A stretch of DNA of 64,000 nt from Defluviitaleaceae bacterium (GCA_009780415.1 WRAC01000005.1:14835-78834), one strand, 5' to 3'; shown: positions 38,758 to 48,557, numbered from the stretch's first letter. Numbers and translations are program-made. Notes: a model not told the origin generated them from the letters alone.

Positions 38758-39830
38758 ACATGCTTGAACCTATCCTCCATAGAGAGAAACAGGTTTACCA
38801 AATGCGGGTCGAATTGCGTCCCGCGCCCTTCTTTTATTATTTCAACGGCCTTTTCGTGGGAATAGGCGGCCTTGTATACCCGCTGCGAGATCAGGGCGTC
38901 GTATACGTCTACAATAGCCAGGAGACGCGCCGGCAGCGGGATATCCGTACCGGATAAGCCGTTGGGATAGCCTTTGCCGTCCCAGCGCTCGTGATGCCCC
39001 TCGGCTAAAACCTTGGCGTAGTTCAGGAAGGCCTGCTCGCTTGTTTTTGACTGTATTTTATTTATAACCTGCCCCCCGAAGGCGGCGTGTTTCTTCATCA
39101 GCTCAAACTCTTGCTGGCTCAGGCGTTCGGTTTTTGTCAATATATTGTCGCTTATGCTTATTTTACCTACATCGTGGAGCTGTGCGGACAGGACGAGCAA
39201 ATCGACATCCCATGCGGATGTTTCCTCGCTGTACAGGCCGCTTTCAATCAATCCGTCAACCAGCAGCCTCATATACTTCTGCGTACGGTCTATATGCCCG
39301 CCGGTTTCGTTGTCGCGCCATTCAACCAGCTCCGCCATCGTTTCAAGCACCGCGTTTTGCAGCTCTAAAACGGATTGCGTTTTCTTTGTCACCATTTCCT
39401 CAAGGTTGTTGTTCAGATCCAGCAGTTCCTTGCGCTGTTCGTCCACCAGCAGGTGCGCTTCGATACGCTTCAGCAGCAGCGGCGGGGAATAGGGCTTGTA
39501 GATATAGTCCACCGCGCCCAGTGAAAACCCCTCAAGCTCGCTTCCAAGGTCGGATTTCGCCGTGACAAACACCACCGGGATATGGTTAAAATCCGGGAGG
39601 CTCTTGATTATTTTCATTACGTCATAGCCGCTCATAACCGGCATCTCAACATCCAGCAAAATCATGTCCGGCGTAATTTTCTGCATCAAAAGAAGCAGCT
39701 TCTCGCCCGATGGCACGGTAAACACATCATATATATGAGACAGGACGTTTCTGCCGATGTTCAGGTTGGTTATCTGGTCGTCAACCAAAACTATTTTTTT
39801 TCTTGCCGTTGCGGTACCTACAGCGTTCAT
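38754..39830 (-). CDS. REC + HD-GYP cyclic-di-GMP phosphodiesterase
   Basis: REC domain, ETGGHIDR, LHDVGK, HHERWDGKGYP and DVYDAL motifs. Confidence 0.93.
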   Translation of the reverse strand: MNAVGTATARKKIVLVDDQITNLNIGRNVLSHIYDVFTVPSGEKLLLLMQKITPDMILLDVEMPVMSGYDVMKIIKSLPDFNHIPVVFVTAKSDLGSELEGFSLGAVDYIYKPYSPPLLLKRIEAHLLVDEQRKELLDLNNNLEEMVTKKTQSVLELQNAVLETMAELVEWRDNETGGHIDRTQKYMRLLVDGLIESGLYSEETSAWDVDLLVLSAQLHDVGKISISDNILTKTERLSQQEFELMKKHAAFGGQVINKIQSKTSEQAFLNYAKVLAEGHHERWDGKGYPNGLSGTDIPLPARLLAIVDVYDALISQRVYKAAYSHEKAVEIIKEGRGTQFDPHLVNLFLSMEDRFKHV

Positions 39831-42829
39831 GCGCTAAGCGTTCCTTTCAAATCATCTATTAATCTGCCGGCGTTGTCAAAATCAAACCGCTCGAAAGCGC
39901 TCACCATATCCGCCACCATACGGTTAATGTCCCCGCCAAAATCCGTTTTTATCAGCGGGTCCAGCGTTTCCAGAGCCAGAGCGCTGTCAAAGAACTCGCA
40001 GGCCATCTCCAGCGCGGACATGCTGGCGGAAAGCGCGCCCGTACCGTCCGCCCTGCGTTTGTGCGTATCGGCGTTGTTGAAAACCGCCATTACCCTTTCA
40101 ACAAAGTGCGTAAGCGCACCCGCGAAGGAACGGTGCAGCTCGGCGCAGGCTTCGCCTTCGCCGTCATTTGCCAGGATTTCCAGCTTATACGCGATTTCGC
40201 CAAGCCCATATGCCCCTATGTTGTTCAGCACGCCCTTTATGCCATGTATCCCGACGGCGTAGAGCTTTAGGTCCGTGGCAAGGGTGTTATTTATTTCCTC
40301 GATATTTTCCGGCAAAAGCCGCACGGCTACTTTGACAATACGTTCGTAGGTCTCCTTGGAGCCGTTTACCATAAGAAGCGCCTTGTCAACCGAAAGCTCG
40401 GGGATATCCGTCAGCGCCGCCGCCATACCCTCAGCGGAGGCGCTGTGCCTGACTTCCGCCGGCTTGCGGCGTTTCGCGCGCGGAATCCATCTGTCCAGAA
40501 TAGCGCCCAGCTTCACCGTTTCTATGGGTTTCGCAAGGTAATCGTTCATGCCTTCGTCAATAAACCGCTCCCGCCCGCCCGCCGCGGCGTTTGCGGTTAG
40601 GGCTATGATGGGAAGCTTTTCGTAGTATTCCCCGGTGTTGGCCCGGATAAGCTTCGTAGCCTCGATACCGTCCATTTCCGGCATCATGTGGTCCATAAAC
40701 ACCATGTCGAATTGTGTTGTGGAGATAAGCCCCACGGCGTCGGGGCCGTGCTGGCACAGCGTTACCTGCATTTCGTAGGGCGACAGCAGGCCCTCCATAA
40801 CCTCAAGGTTGGCCTTGACATCGTCAACTATCAGGATCTTCGCCTCAGGGGCGGTAAAATCCGCTTCCATCACGTACGAAATGCCGTCCTGGATATTATT
40901 GAGCACATTCGAGATGGTCAGCGTATGGGCCGGCATTATAAGCATACGCGCGTCCTGCGCCGCCATTGTTTCCGTGATATCGGTCAGAAGCGTCAGGTTT
41001 GGCGGATTTTCTATATTTTTTATTATCGGCGCGATACGTTCGTAAACAAAGGACGGTGTAAATATATGCGGATACTTCGAAAGATTTTCTATAAGCTGCG
41101 AAATATTATCCGCGCATTTGTATTCGACGCCTAAATCCTCAAAGCTTCTGACGACGGATTCGCGGTAGACGCGGCGCGTTTCGTAGAACAGAACCTTTGT
41201 CGGGTTTATTACCTCGGCGAAGGGCTTGTGTTCCTTTATCTTTTGCGGCAGGGTCATGGTAAACGCGCTGCCCTTGCCGTATGTACTCTTAACCGTGATA
41301 TCGCCGCCCATCGCGACGCACAGGCTACGCGTTATAACAAGGCCCAGGCCGGTACCCTCGATGTCCCTGTTCCTGTTCACGTCAAGCTGCACGAAATCCT
41401 GAAAGAGCTTGCCAAGATCCTCTTCCCTTATACCAATGCCGGTGTCCTCAATCACCGCGGTCAGCAAGACGCTGTTCCCCTCCGCTTCGCCCGTGATATC
41501 CAGCGATATATGGCCTTCCTGCGTATATTTGACCGCGTTAGCCAAAAGGTTGAGGAGTATCTGCCGGATACGCACCTCGTCGCCCCACAGTACGCCGGGC
41601 AGACGGCTGTCGATGTTTGTCGTAAACAGGACGGGCTTTTCGGTCAGGCGCATACGCATGATGTTCGCGACGTCGTTTATAAGAGCGGATAGCTCATATT
41701 CGCCTTCCATTATTTCGTAGCCGCCTGATTCCAATTTGGAAAAGTCCAGAACATCGTTGATTATAGAAAGCAAATTAACGCTGGCGCTTTTTATGCCTAT
41801 GGCTTTTTCGTAAAGATCGCGGGAGATATCCTTGCGCAGGATCAACTCGCTCATGCCCATTATAGCGTTCATGGGCGTGCGTATTTCATGGCTCATTTTC
41901 GCAAGGAAGTCGCTCTTTGCCTTGTCCGCCGCCTCAGCCAGATTCCTGGCCTCAACCAGCGGCGTTATGTCTACCCATTCGAAAAACCGCGCCGCCGTAT
42001 GTTTCCCCACCAAAGAGGAGCGCATCATCAGCCAGCTCATTTCATCGTCCATCGGCACGTGGAAATTTTTCTCCACATAGCCGTCCTCCGGTGAAAGCTG
42101 CCGAACCGCGTCCTTCAGCTCCTGAAACTTAAACAAATCCGGCAGAGGACGGCCTAAAATCTGACTTTCATCTTCAAGCCCCAGTGATTCGATCATAGCC
42201 GCGCTCATATGCGACACTTCGCCCTTGTCGTTGGTTATGGCAAGGAAAGTAGGGATTTTAGCCATAATCATATCGCAGGTCAGGCTGCCCTCGTGGTATT
42301 TTTCACTTTTTGCCACTAATCTGATACCAACGGAAACAAAAACCAGGCTAAGAAATACAAAGGCTATAATATTACCGGCATAATCCCGGAAACCATAACC
42401 TTCGCCAAGCATGGGGAAGCCTAATATCACAACAAACGTAAATACAATGATATTGGAAAAGCCTATGTACATCGCAAGGGTCTTGAGGTCCAAATGAACC
42501 AGGCAAAAGCCTACCAGGCCGATTTGGAACAGGAAGTACGAGTGATCCCCGCCGCCTGCGGCGCACATTATTGAGTGGATAAGCGAAAGCACGACGGAGG
42601 TCATCACAGTGCCTATCCTGCCGCTAAAACGCTTACTGATTGCATAGGGCAAAACAGCTGCGACCATAGCCGCCCCCCCGACGGCCCTGGGGATAAGAAG
42701 ATGGCTGTATGTATCTATCGCAAGGCTTAACGTTATAGTTACGGCAACATACAAAACAAGGAGCATACTGGCTATGCGCCTTGTTTTATCCTGTACGGAC
42801 ATCTCCGCAAAACCGCCGAATCCTCGCAT
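39827..42829 (-). CDS. Membrane hybrid histidine kinase (multi-TM, PAS, HisKA, HATPase, pseudo-REC, REC, HPt)
   Basis: FLAKMSHEIRTPMNAI, EGTGLGL, FMDHMMP and IHGIKG motifs. Confidence 0.9.
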   Translation of the reverse strand: MRGFGGFAEMSVQDKTRRIASMLLVLYVAVTITLSLAIDTYSHLLIPRAVGGAAMVAAVLPYAISKRFSGRIGTVMTSVVLSLIHSIMCAAGGGDHSYFLFQIGLVGFCLVHLDLKTLAMYIGFSNIIVFTFVVILGFPMLGEGYGFRDYAGNIIAFVFLSLVFVSVGIRLVAKSEKYHEGSLTCDMIMAKIPTFLAITNDKGEVSHMSAAMIESLGLEDESQILGRPLPDLFKFQELKDAVRQLSPEDGYVEKNFHVPMDDEMSWLMMRSSLVGKHTAARFFEWVDITPLVEARNLAEAADKAKSDFLAKMSHEIRTPMNAIMGMSELILRKDISRDLYEKAIGIKSASVNLLSIINDVLDFSKLESGGYEIMEGEYELSALINDVANIMRMRLTEKPVLFTTNIDSRLPGVLWGDEVRIRQILLNLLANAVKYTQEGHISLDITGEAEGNSVLLTAVIEDTGIGIREEDLGKLFQDFVQLDVNRNRDIEGTGLGLVITRSLCVAMGGDITVKSTYGKGSAFTMTLPQKIKEHKPFAEVINPTKVLFYETRRVYRESVVRSFEDLGVEYKCADNISQLIENLSKYPHIFTPSFVYERIAPIIKNIENPPNLTLLTDITETMAAQDARMLIMPAHTLTISNVLNNIQDGISYVMEADFTAPEAKILIVDDVKANLEVMEGLLSPYEMQVTLCQHGPDAVGLISTTQFDMVFMDHMMPEMDGIEATKLIRANTGEYYEKLPIIALTANAAAGGRERFIDEGMNDYLAKPIETVKLGAILDRWIPRAKRRKPAEVRHSASAEGMAAALTDIPELSVDKALLMVNGSKETYERIVKVAVRLLPENIEEINNTLATDLKLYAVGIHGIKGVLNNIGAYGLGEIAYKLEILANDGEGEACAELHRSFAGALTHFVERVMAVFNNADTHKRRADGTGALSASMSALEMACEFFDSALALETLDPLIKTDFGGDINRMVADMVSAFERFDFDNAGRLIDDLKGTLSA

Positions 42830-42869
42830 AAAATATCACCGTTTTTATTCATCGGAAAATTGCATAGTA

Positions 42870-42898
42870 ATTATACCACAGCGGAGCATTCCGCGCAA
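42870..42898 (-). promoter_or_regulatory. sigma-A promoter TTGCGC-N17-TATAAT with extended TG
   Basis: Read on the minus strand upstream of the kinase at 42829. Confidence 0.6.
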
Positions 42899-42907
42899 TA
42901 TCTTATG

Positions 42908-44353
42908 TCAGAGGAATTTTTCGACTAAATTAAGCAAAGATGGACAGACTCCCAGCAGCTTGCAAATGCCAAGGGCGTCGTTCGGCACGGAATCCGCCGG
43001 CTGCGCCTTGATCAGCCTGTAATCCATCAGCCCCGGTATCATTTCCGGCGATAAACGTTTTTTATCGGATTCCAGCGCGGCCAGGAGTTCTTTTTTCAAT
43101 CCCGCCGCCATGTAGCAATTATATTCTTCTTTAGCCACATTGTCATAATGGGTGGAAAGGATGGATATGGATGACAGCCCGTTTAAACACGCGGCCAGCC
43201 CCGCCGCTATGGCGCGGCCCTCGCGGGGGTTCGTGCCCCTTGCCGGTTCGTCCAGGATGATGAGGGAGAAGCCGTTCAAAGCGCGTTCAAGCAAGGCGTT
43301 AACATTGGACATTTCCGCGCCGAAGCTGGACAGGCCGGAGTAGACGCTCTGCTCATCGTCAAAGATAAAGTCGATATTGTCAAATAAAGGCAGCCCGGCT
43401 TCGGCGGCAAACACCAAAAAACCGCATTGGAACAGGTAGCAGTTAAGCGCAACGGTTTTGAGCGCGACGCTCTTGCCCCCCATGTTCGCGCCGGTTAAAA
43501 CAGCCGTTCCGGGCGCGAGGCTCAAGCTTACGGGTGTAACGCGCCCGCCGCGTTCTTTCAGGGCGGCGTCCGCTTCCGGGCTGTAAACGTCTTTCAGCAT
43601 TATTGTATTTTCGGTAATCGACGCTTTTACGCAGCCGTATTCACGTGCCAGAGAAGCCTTTGCCAAGGTCAGATCCAGCCTTGCCAGGGCATCGATATTC
43701 ACGTCGAAATCCATTTTGTGCGTTGCAAGCCTAAACGTAAGCGCGGTACGCACCGCCAGCTCCTCTTCCTCCTCCTCAGCCACAATTTTCAGGCGTTCGC
43801 GCTCCAGCTCTTTTAGGGTTTCCGCGTTATTCACGGCGTTTAACCCGGCATCGATTATCAGTTTTTTCTCACGTATTATACGAAGCTTTTCCGAATATTT
43901 TTCATTGACATAAAAACTACGCAGGCGCGTCCTTTCCGGGTCCAGTACCAGCAGCGCGTCCTCCATGGGAGCAATCCCTATGCCTGTAAGCCCGGCGGAT
44001 CCGTTAAAGCGCGCGTACGCCTCCGCCAACTCGCTAAGGGCAAGCAGAAAGGATTTAACCTCAAACAGCTCCACCTCACCCAGCGCTTTGCCTTCTTCAC
44101 CGGTCAGCTTTTTTACCGAACCCCTGATATCGCGGAATTTCGGTAATATTCTGGTGAAGGCTGAATTATCCGCGCCGGAAAAAGCCGCGCGCTCCACATT
44201 TTCCAATTCTATCGCAAGTGCGCCCGCCTGAGCCTTTAAAAACGGCGCAATATGCCTTGCCGCGTCCCTTCCGTATGGCGTGACGGGGGTAAGCTTATTC
44301 AGCGCGTACGCCGCTCCAACCGTGCGCAGTTGTTTATCCGTAAACCGTTTCAT
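42908..44353 (-). CDS. MutS-V ATPase, KamC-like (B12 aminomutase reactivase subunit)
   Basis: TGANMGGKS, GLSSFGAEM, ILDEPARGTNP and STHYD motifs; no mismatch-binding or Smr domain; overlaps the KamB-like gene. Confidence 0.75.
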   Translation of the reverse strand: MKRFTDKQLRTVGAAYALNKLTPVTPYGRDAARHIAPFLKAQAGALAIELENVERAAFSGADNSAFTRILPKFRDIRGSVKKLTGEEGKALGEVELFEVKSFLLALSELAEAYARFNGSAGLTGIGIAPMEDALLVLDPERTRLRSFYVNEKYSEKLRIIREKKLIIDAGLNAVNNAETLKELERERLKIVAEEEEEELAVRTALTFRLATHKMDFDVNIDALARLDLTLAKASLAREYGCVKASITENTIMLKDVYSPEADAALKERGGRVTPVSLSLAPGTAVLTGANMGGKSVALKTVALNCYLFQCGFLVFAAEAGLPLFDNIDFIFDDEQSVYSGLSSFGAEMSNVNALLERALNGFSLIILDEPARGTNPREGRAIAAGLAACLNGLSSISILSTHYDNVAKEEYNCYMAAGLKKELLAALESDKKRLSPEMIPGLMDYRLIKAQPADSVPNDALGICKLLGVCPSLLNLVEKFL

Positions 44354-45239
44354 GTTCCTCCACATCAAAGACAGGGACAGATACCCTGTCACGAACCGCC
44401 GCGAGAAACTCAGCCCGGTCAAAGGCATAGCCGAGACCGGGGGCGGTTGGGTTGAGGGCCGCCGCGATTAAATCAGCCGGCTTGTTAACATAAATCTTTC
44501 CGCCCCTGTGCAGAAATCTGTCCAGAACGGCGGATTTTACGAAGATTTTTGACATATCGGCTGCAATTACCGCCGTTATTTTAATATCGGCGCAGTCTGT
44601 GATTTCCCCAAGGATTTCGTCCGTCAGCGCGCCGCTTATCCGACGTATAACCGCGTCTTCTCTGCATTCCGCCTCCAGCGGCAGATTCATTAAACGGCAG
44701 ATATGCGCGCATTCGGCGGCTACCGCGTTTATATCGCGGTTAAGCGCGGCCCCGGCGCATAAAATGACCCCTCCGGAAGCTTGGGCGAATGTGCGCCTGT
44801 CGCCTGAGCCGTCAACCAAAATTTGGCCCGCTCCGATTTCCGCGCGCATGTAGCGGCATAGTTCACCCAGCTGGCTGTTGACGGACGGCCCGGCAAGGCT
44901 TACGCGCCCGTCGGACAGGGCTTCCGCTACGATAACCTCGCCCAAAGGCGTGGAGATGCCCGTCGTATGGACGATGCGCCTGGTGAAATCGCAATCCCTC
45001 AGTACCCCGGCGGCTGTTGCGGCGTACATCCCTTTGTATATGCGGATTTCGGGAAAAACGCCGCCCTGCCCGACGGATGTAACGGCTAACGGGGGCAGGG
45101 CTTGGGCATTGCTTTTGGTATATCGTTTATATGCGTGGATCAAATGCTTTAAAACAGTGGTTTTACCGGCCGATTTCGACAATCCGACCAGCGAAACGAC
45201 CGGATACGGACGGCAAAGGCTGAACAAATCATTTTGCAT
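44334..45239 (-). CDS. KamB-like P-loop protein (B12 aminomutase reactivase subunit)
   Basis: VSLVGLSKSAGKTTVL, TPLGEV, LAGPS, ILVDG and NPTAP motifs; paired with the KamC-like gene. Confidence 0.7.
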   Translation of the reverse strand: MQNDLFSLCRPYPVVSLVGLSKSAGKTTVLKHLIHAYKRYTKSNAQALPPLAVTSVGQGGVFPEIRIYKGMYAATAAGVLRDCDFTRRIVHTTGISTPLGEVIVAEALSDGRVSLAGPSVNSQLGELCRYMRAEIGAGQILVDGSGDRRTFAQASGGVILCAGAALNRDINAVAAECAHICRLMNLPLEAECREDAVIRRISGALTDEILGEITDCADIKITAVIAADMSKIFVKSAVLDRFLHRGGKIYVNKPADLIAAALNPTAPGLGYAFDRAEFLAAVRDRVSVPVFDVEEHETVYG

Positions 45240-46074
45240 AGCTGAAAAAGCCTTCTCCGGTCTTTTTACCCAGCCTGCCCGCCCTTACCATTTTGCGGAG
45301 CAGCGTGCTGGCGCGGTATTTGGTGTCCCCGGTTTCCGTAAGCAAGGTGTCCATAATAAACAGCACAACGTCGTTGCCGATGAGGTCGGACAGCGCCAGC
45401 GGCCCGATGGGATGGTTCGCGCCCAGCGTCATCGCCTTGTCGATGTCCGCGGCGGAGGCCACGCCCTGCTCCAGCACGCAAATGGCCTCGTTAATCATCG
45501 GCACAAGAATCTTGTTCACGACAAAACCCGGCGCTTCCTTTACCTCGACAGGCTCCTTGCCGATTTCCCTCGAAAGTTCAACAACCCTTTCAAATGTCTC
45601 GTCGGATGTCAGGAACCCGCGGATAACCTCGACAAGCTTCATAACAGCCGCCGGGTTGAAGAAATGCATACCGATAACCTTGTCCGGGCGGCTTACGGCC
45701 TGAGCAAGCTCGGTTATCGAAATGGACGATGTATTCGACGCGAGAATGGTGTCAGGCTTACAAATCTTATCAAGTTTGCCGAACAGTTCTTTTTTAATAG
45801 CCGGGTTTTCAATTACAGCCTCAACAGCTAAATCACAATCCGCCGCAGACGATAAATCGGCTGTACCGCTTATACGCCCCATAATTTCGCTTTTTTTACC
45901 CGCTTCAATCTTGCCTTTTTCAACCAGCTTTGAAAGGCCCTTGTCCAGCCCCGCGACGCCCTTTGCCGCTATCTCATCCGAAATATCATATAAAACCGCC
46001 GTATGCCCGGACTGGGCGAAAACCTGCGCGATGCCCGCGCCCATGGTTCCCGCGCCCGCTATGAATACCCTCAT
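45229..46074 (-). CDS. hbd: 3-hydroxybutyryl-CoA dehydrogenase
   Basis: GAGTMGAGIAQ, ASNTSSISIT, GMHFFNPA and GANHPIGPL motifs. Confidence 0.95.
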   Translation of the reverse strand: MRVFIAGAGTMGAGIAQVFAQSGHTAVLYDISDEIAAKGVAGLDKGLSKLVEKGKIEAGKKSEIMGRISGTADLSSAADCDLAVEAVIENPAIKKELFGKLDKICKPDTILASNTSSISITELAQAVSRPDKVIGMHFFNPAAVMKLVEVIRGFLTSDETFERVVELSREIGKEPVEVKEAPGFVVNKILVPMINEAICVLEQGVASAADIDKAMTLGANHPIGPLALSDLIGNDVVLFIMDTLLTETGDTKYRASTLLRKMVRAGRLGKKTGEGFFSYAK

Positions 46075-46112
46075 GTCTACACCCCTCTCTTTTACTTTTT
46101 GCTTATTACCTT

Positions 46113-47294
46113 TTAACTTTCCCTCTCCACCGCCACGGCTATACCCATACCGCCGCCGATGCACAGTGCGGCCAGCCCCTTCCGTACGCCGCGCTTTTCC
46201 ATTTCGTATAAAAGCGTTACGAGGATCCGCGCGCCGCTGGCTCCGATGGGGTGGCCCAGAGCGATTGCGCCGCCGTTTACGTTTACTATGTCCATGTTTA
46301 ATTTAAGCTCTTTCGCGACGGAAAGCGACTGCGCCGCGAATGCTTCGTTGGTCTCAATCAGCTCAACCTCGTCCATGCTCCAGTTTGCCGCCGCGAGGGC
46401 GTTCTTGACGGCTTGGACGGGGCCGATTCCCATAATTGCGGGGTCCACGCCGGCTTGTCCCATGGCTTTTATCACCGCCAGCGGTTTAAGACCGCGCTTT
46501 TCGACTGCGGCTTCGGAAGCGAGCATCAGAGCCGCCGCGCCGTCGTTGATGCCGGAGGAATTGCCCGCCGTAACCGTGCCGCCCTCTTTAAAGGCGGGGC
46601 GCAGCCGGGCGATCTTTTCGATGTTGGTATCGGGGCGCGGGAATTCGTCGGTTTTGAATTGGACGGTTTCCTTATTTACCGTAATCTCCACCGGTACGAT
46701 CTCGTCGTTAAAACGCCCGGATGTAACGGCGTCGGCTGTTTTGCGCTGGCTTTCCACCGCGTATATGTCCTGCTCAAGGCGGGAAATGCCGTATTTTTCC
46801 GCAAGGTTTTCCGCCGTAATGCCCATATGGATGTGATTCATGGCGCAGAGCAAGCCGTCGTTGATCATTGTGTCAACAACCGCGCCGTTGAAAAGCTTGT
46901 AGCCGAAACGCGCGTCCAACAGGGCGTAAGGCGCTTTGCTCATGCTTTCCATGCCGCCGGCGGCCACGATGTCATTGTCACCGGCTATAATGCTCTGCCG
47001 CCCCAGGGTAAGCGACTTTAAGCCCGACCCGCACAGCATGTTGACCACCGTTGCGCATACGTTTTCGCCAATCCCGGCTTGAAGGGCGGCCTGTCTTGCC
47101 ACGTTCTGCCCGAACCCGGCGGTCAGCACCGCGCCCATTATAACTTCGTCCACGTCGGCGGGGGTAAGCCCCGCGCGTTTTACGGCTTCTGCTATTGCCA
47201 CGGCTCCCAGCTTCGGCGCCGGGACGTTCATCAGCGCTCCGCCCATTGACCCGATTGCGGTTCTTGCCGCTCCCACAATATACACCTTGCTCAT
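46113..47294 (-). CDS. thlA: Acetyl-CoA acetyltransferase (thiolase)
   Basis: NMLCGSG, NEAFAAQ, GHPIGASG and LCIGGGMG motifs. Confidence 0.95.
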   Translation of the reverse strand: MSKVYIVGAARTAIGSMGGALMNVPAPKLGAVAIAEAVKRAGLTPADVDEVIMGAVLTAGFGQNVARQAALQAGIGENVCATVVNMLCGSGLKSLTLGRQSIIAGDNDIVAAGGMESMSKAPYALLDARFGYKLFNGAVVDTMINDGLLCAMNHIHMGITAENLAEKYGISRLEQDIYAVESQRKTADAVTSGRFNDEIVPVEITVNKETVQFKTDEFPRPDTNIEKIARLRPAFKEGGTVTAGNSSGINDGAAALMLASEAAVEKRGLKPLAVIKAMGQAGVDPAIMGIGPVQAVKNALAAANWSMDEVELIETNEAFAAQSLSVAKELKLNMDIVNVNGGAIALGHPIGASGARILVTLLYEMEKRGVRKGLAALCIGGGMGIAVAVERES

Positions 47295-47304
47295 TTAAAG
47301 GCTC

Positions 47305-47727
47305 CTATTCAACTTTTACTCTTGGCGGGCTGATGATTCCTTCCCCTTCAAGGACTGTAACGCCGTCTTGATTTACGCAGGCGGCTTTGATTTTAATTTT
47401 CGACTTTTCAAGCTTTTCCGCAATCTCGACAACGGCGGTAATAGTATCCCCAAATTTAACCGGAGCCATAAAATTAAGCTGCTGGGAAATCCAGATAGTG
47501 CCGTGGCCCGGCATAATATTGCCGAGCACGCCCGACACAAGTCCCGCCGATATCAGCCCGTGGGCTATCCTTGTTTTGAAGAATGTGTTCTTCGCGTATT
47601 CCTCACTGAGGTGAGCCGGGTTTATGTCGCCCGAAATCCCCGCGAAAAGGTATACGTCCGTCTCCGTGACGGTCTTGCTGAAAGATGCCTTTTGGCCTAC
47701 AGACAGTTCGTCGTACAGATAATTCAT
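47305..47727 (-). CDS. MaoC/PhaJ family (R)-specific enoyl-CoA hydratase
   Basis: FAGISGDINPAH..RIAHG hydratase-2 motif. Confidence 0.9.
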   Translation of the reverse strand: MNYLYDELSVGQKASFSKTVTETDVYLFAGISGDINPAHLSEEYAKNTFFKTRIAHGLISAGLVSGVLGNIMPGHGTIWISQQLNFMAPVKFGDTITAVVEIAEKLEKSKIKIKAACVNQDGVTVLEGEGIISPPRVKVE

Positions 47728-47769
47728 GATAACCCTCCTTATACTCAGCCAACTTCTAAAAAATGTTTA

Positions 47770-48447
47770 TTATTTACAAGCCTCGATAAAAGGCCTGAAT
47801 AATTCAATCATCAACGCGTGCTCCGGGGATTCCAGCATAGCCTCGGGATGCCATTGGTAACAGGCGCAGAACCAATCCCCGCTGTATTCATAAGCTTCTG
47901 TGAAACCTTCGGCGGAACGCGCCGTAACGATAAAACCGGGGGCCAGCTTATCCGCAAGCTGGTGGTGGAAGCTGTTAACCCGGACGGAGCTCTGTCCAAG
48001 CCATTTGCGCAGTTTAGTCCCGTCCGTTATGTCAATGCTGTGCGTTGCGGTGCTTCTGGCGTCTTTTTGGTCGTGGCCGTCTATATGCTGGATGAGATTT
48101 CCGCCCAAGGCTACGTTGATGACCTGCTCACCCCGGCAGATGCCCAGCAGCGGCTTCTTCGCCTCGAAAGCGAGCCTTGCCAGCGTAATCTCGAACATAT
48201 CTCGCTCCTCGGATATACCGGACACTTTCTCATGGTTATCCTGACTGAAATATTTAGCCTGTACATCGCCGCCGCCGCTGAAGAGCAGGCCGTTGCAGGC
48301 GGCAAGGTATTCATTCTCAAAACCCGGCTTATTTGGCAGCACAACGGGAATGCCCCCTGCCGCCGCCACGGCGTTTACATATGTTTTTTGCACCGACGTA
48401 AGGGTTTTATCGGCTGCGGATGATGTTATGCCAATTATTGGCAGCAT
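47770..48447 (-). CDS. Peptidase C26 / gamma-glutamyl-GABA hydrolase (PuuD) family
   Basis: SGGGDV, LGICRGEQ, VNSFHHQ and QWHPE motifs. Confidence 0.9.
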   Translation of the reverse strand: MLPIIGITSSAADKTLTSVQKTYVNAVAAAGGIPVVLPNKPGFENEYLAACNGLLFSGGGDVQAKYFSQDNHEKVSGISEERDMFEITLARLAFEAKKPLLGICRGEQVINVALGGNLIQHIDGHDQKDARSTATHSIDITDGTKLRKWLGQSSVRVNSFHHQLADKLAPGFIVTARSAEGFTEAYEYSGDWFCACYQWHPEAMLESPEHALMIELFRPFIEACK

Positions 48448-48507
48448 TTAAATCCTCCTTAAAGATGGCTTTCGTTTTATTATTGTTTGTCAGGCTTCTG
48501 CAAAAAA

Positions 48508-48557
48508 ATGACAAGATTGTCATACTAATTATACAACGAATATGAAGCTTATGGCAA
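48508..48557 (-). promoter_or_regulatory. Promoter TTGCCA-N18-TATAAT with operator-like palindrome ATGACAA-N2-TTGTCAT over the predicted +1
   Basis: -35 at 48557-48552, -10 at 48533-48528, perfect inverted repeat at 48508-48523. Confidence 0.65.

Noticed and set aside
42908-44353. MutS or MutS2 DNA repair gene
   Set aside because: Only the ATPase domain is present, without mismatch-binding or Smr domains; pairing with a KamB-like gene fits a reactivase better.
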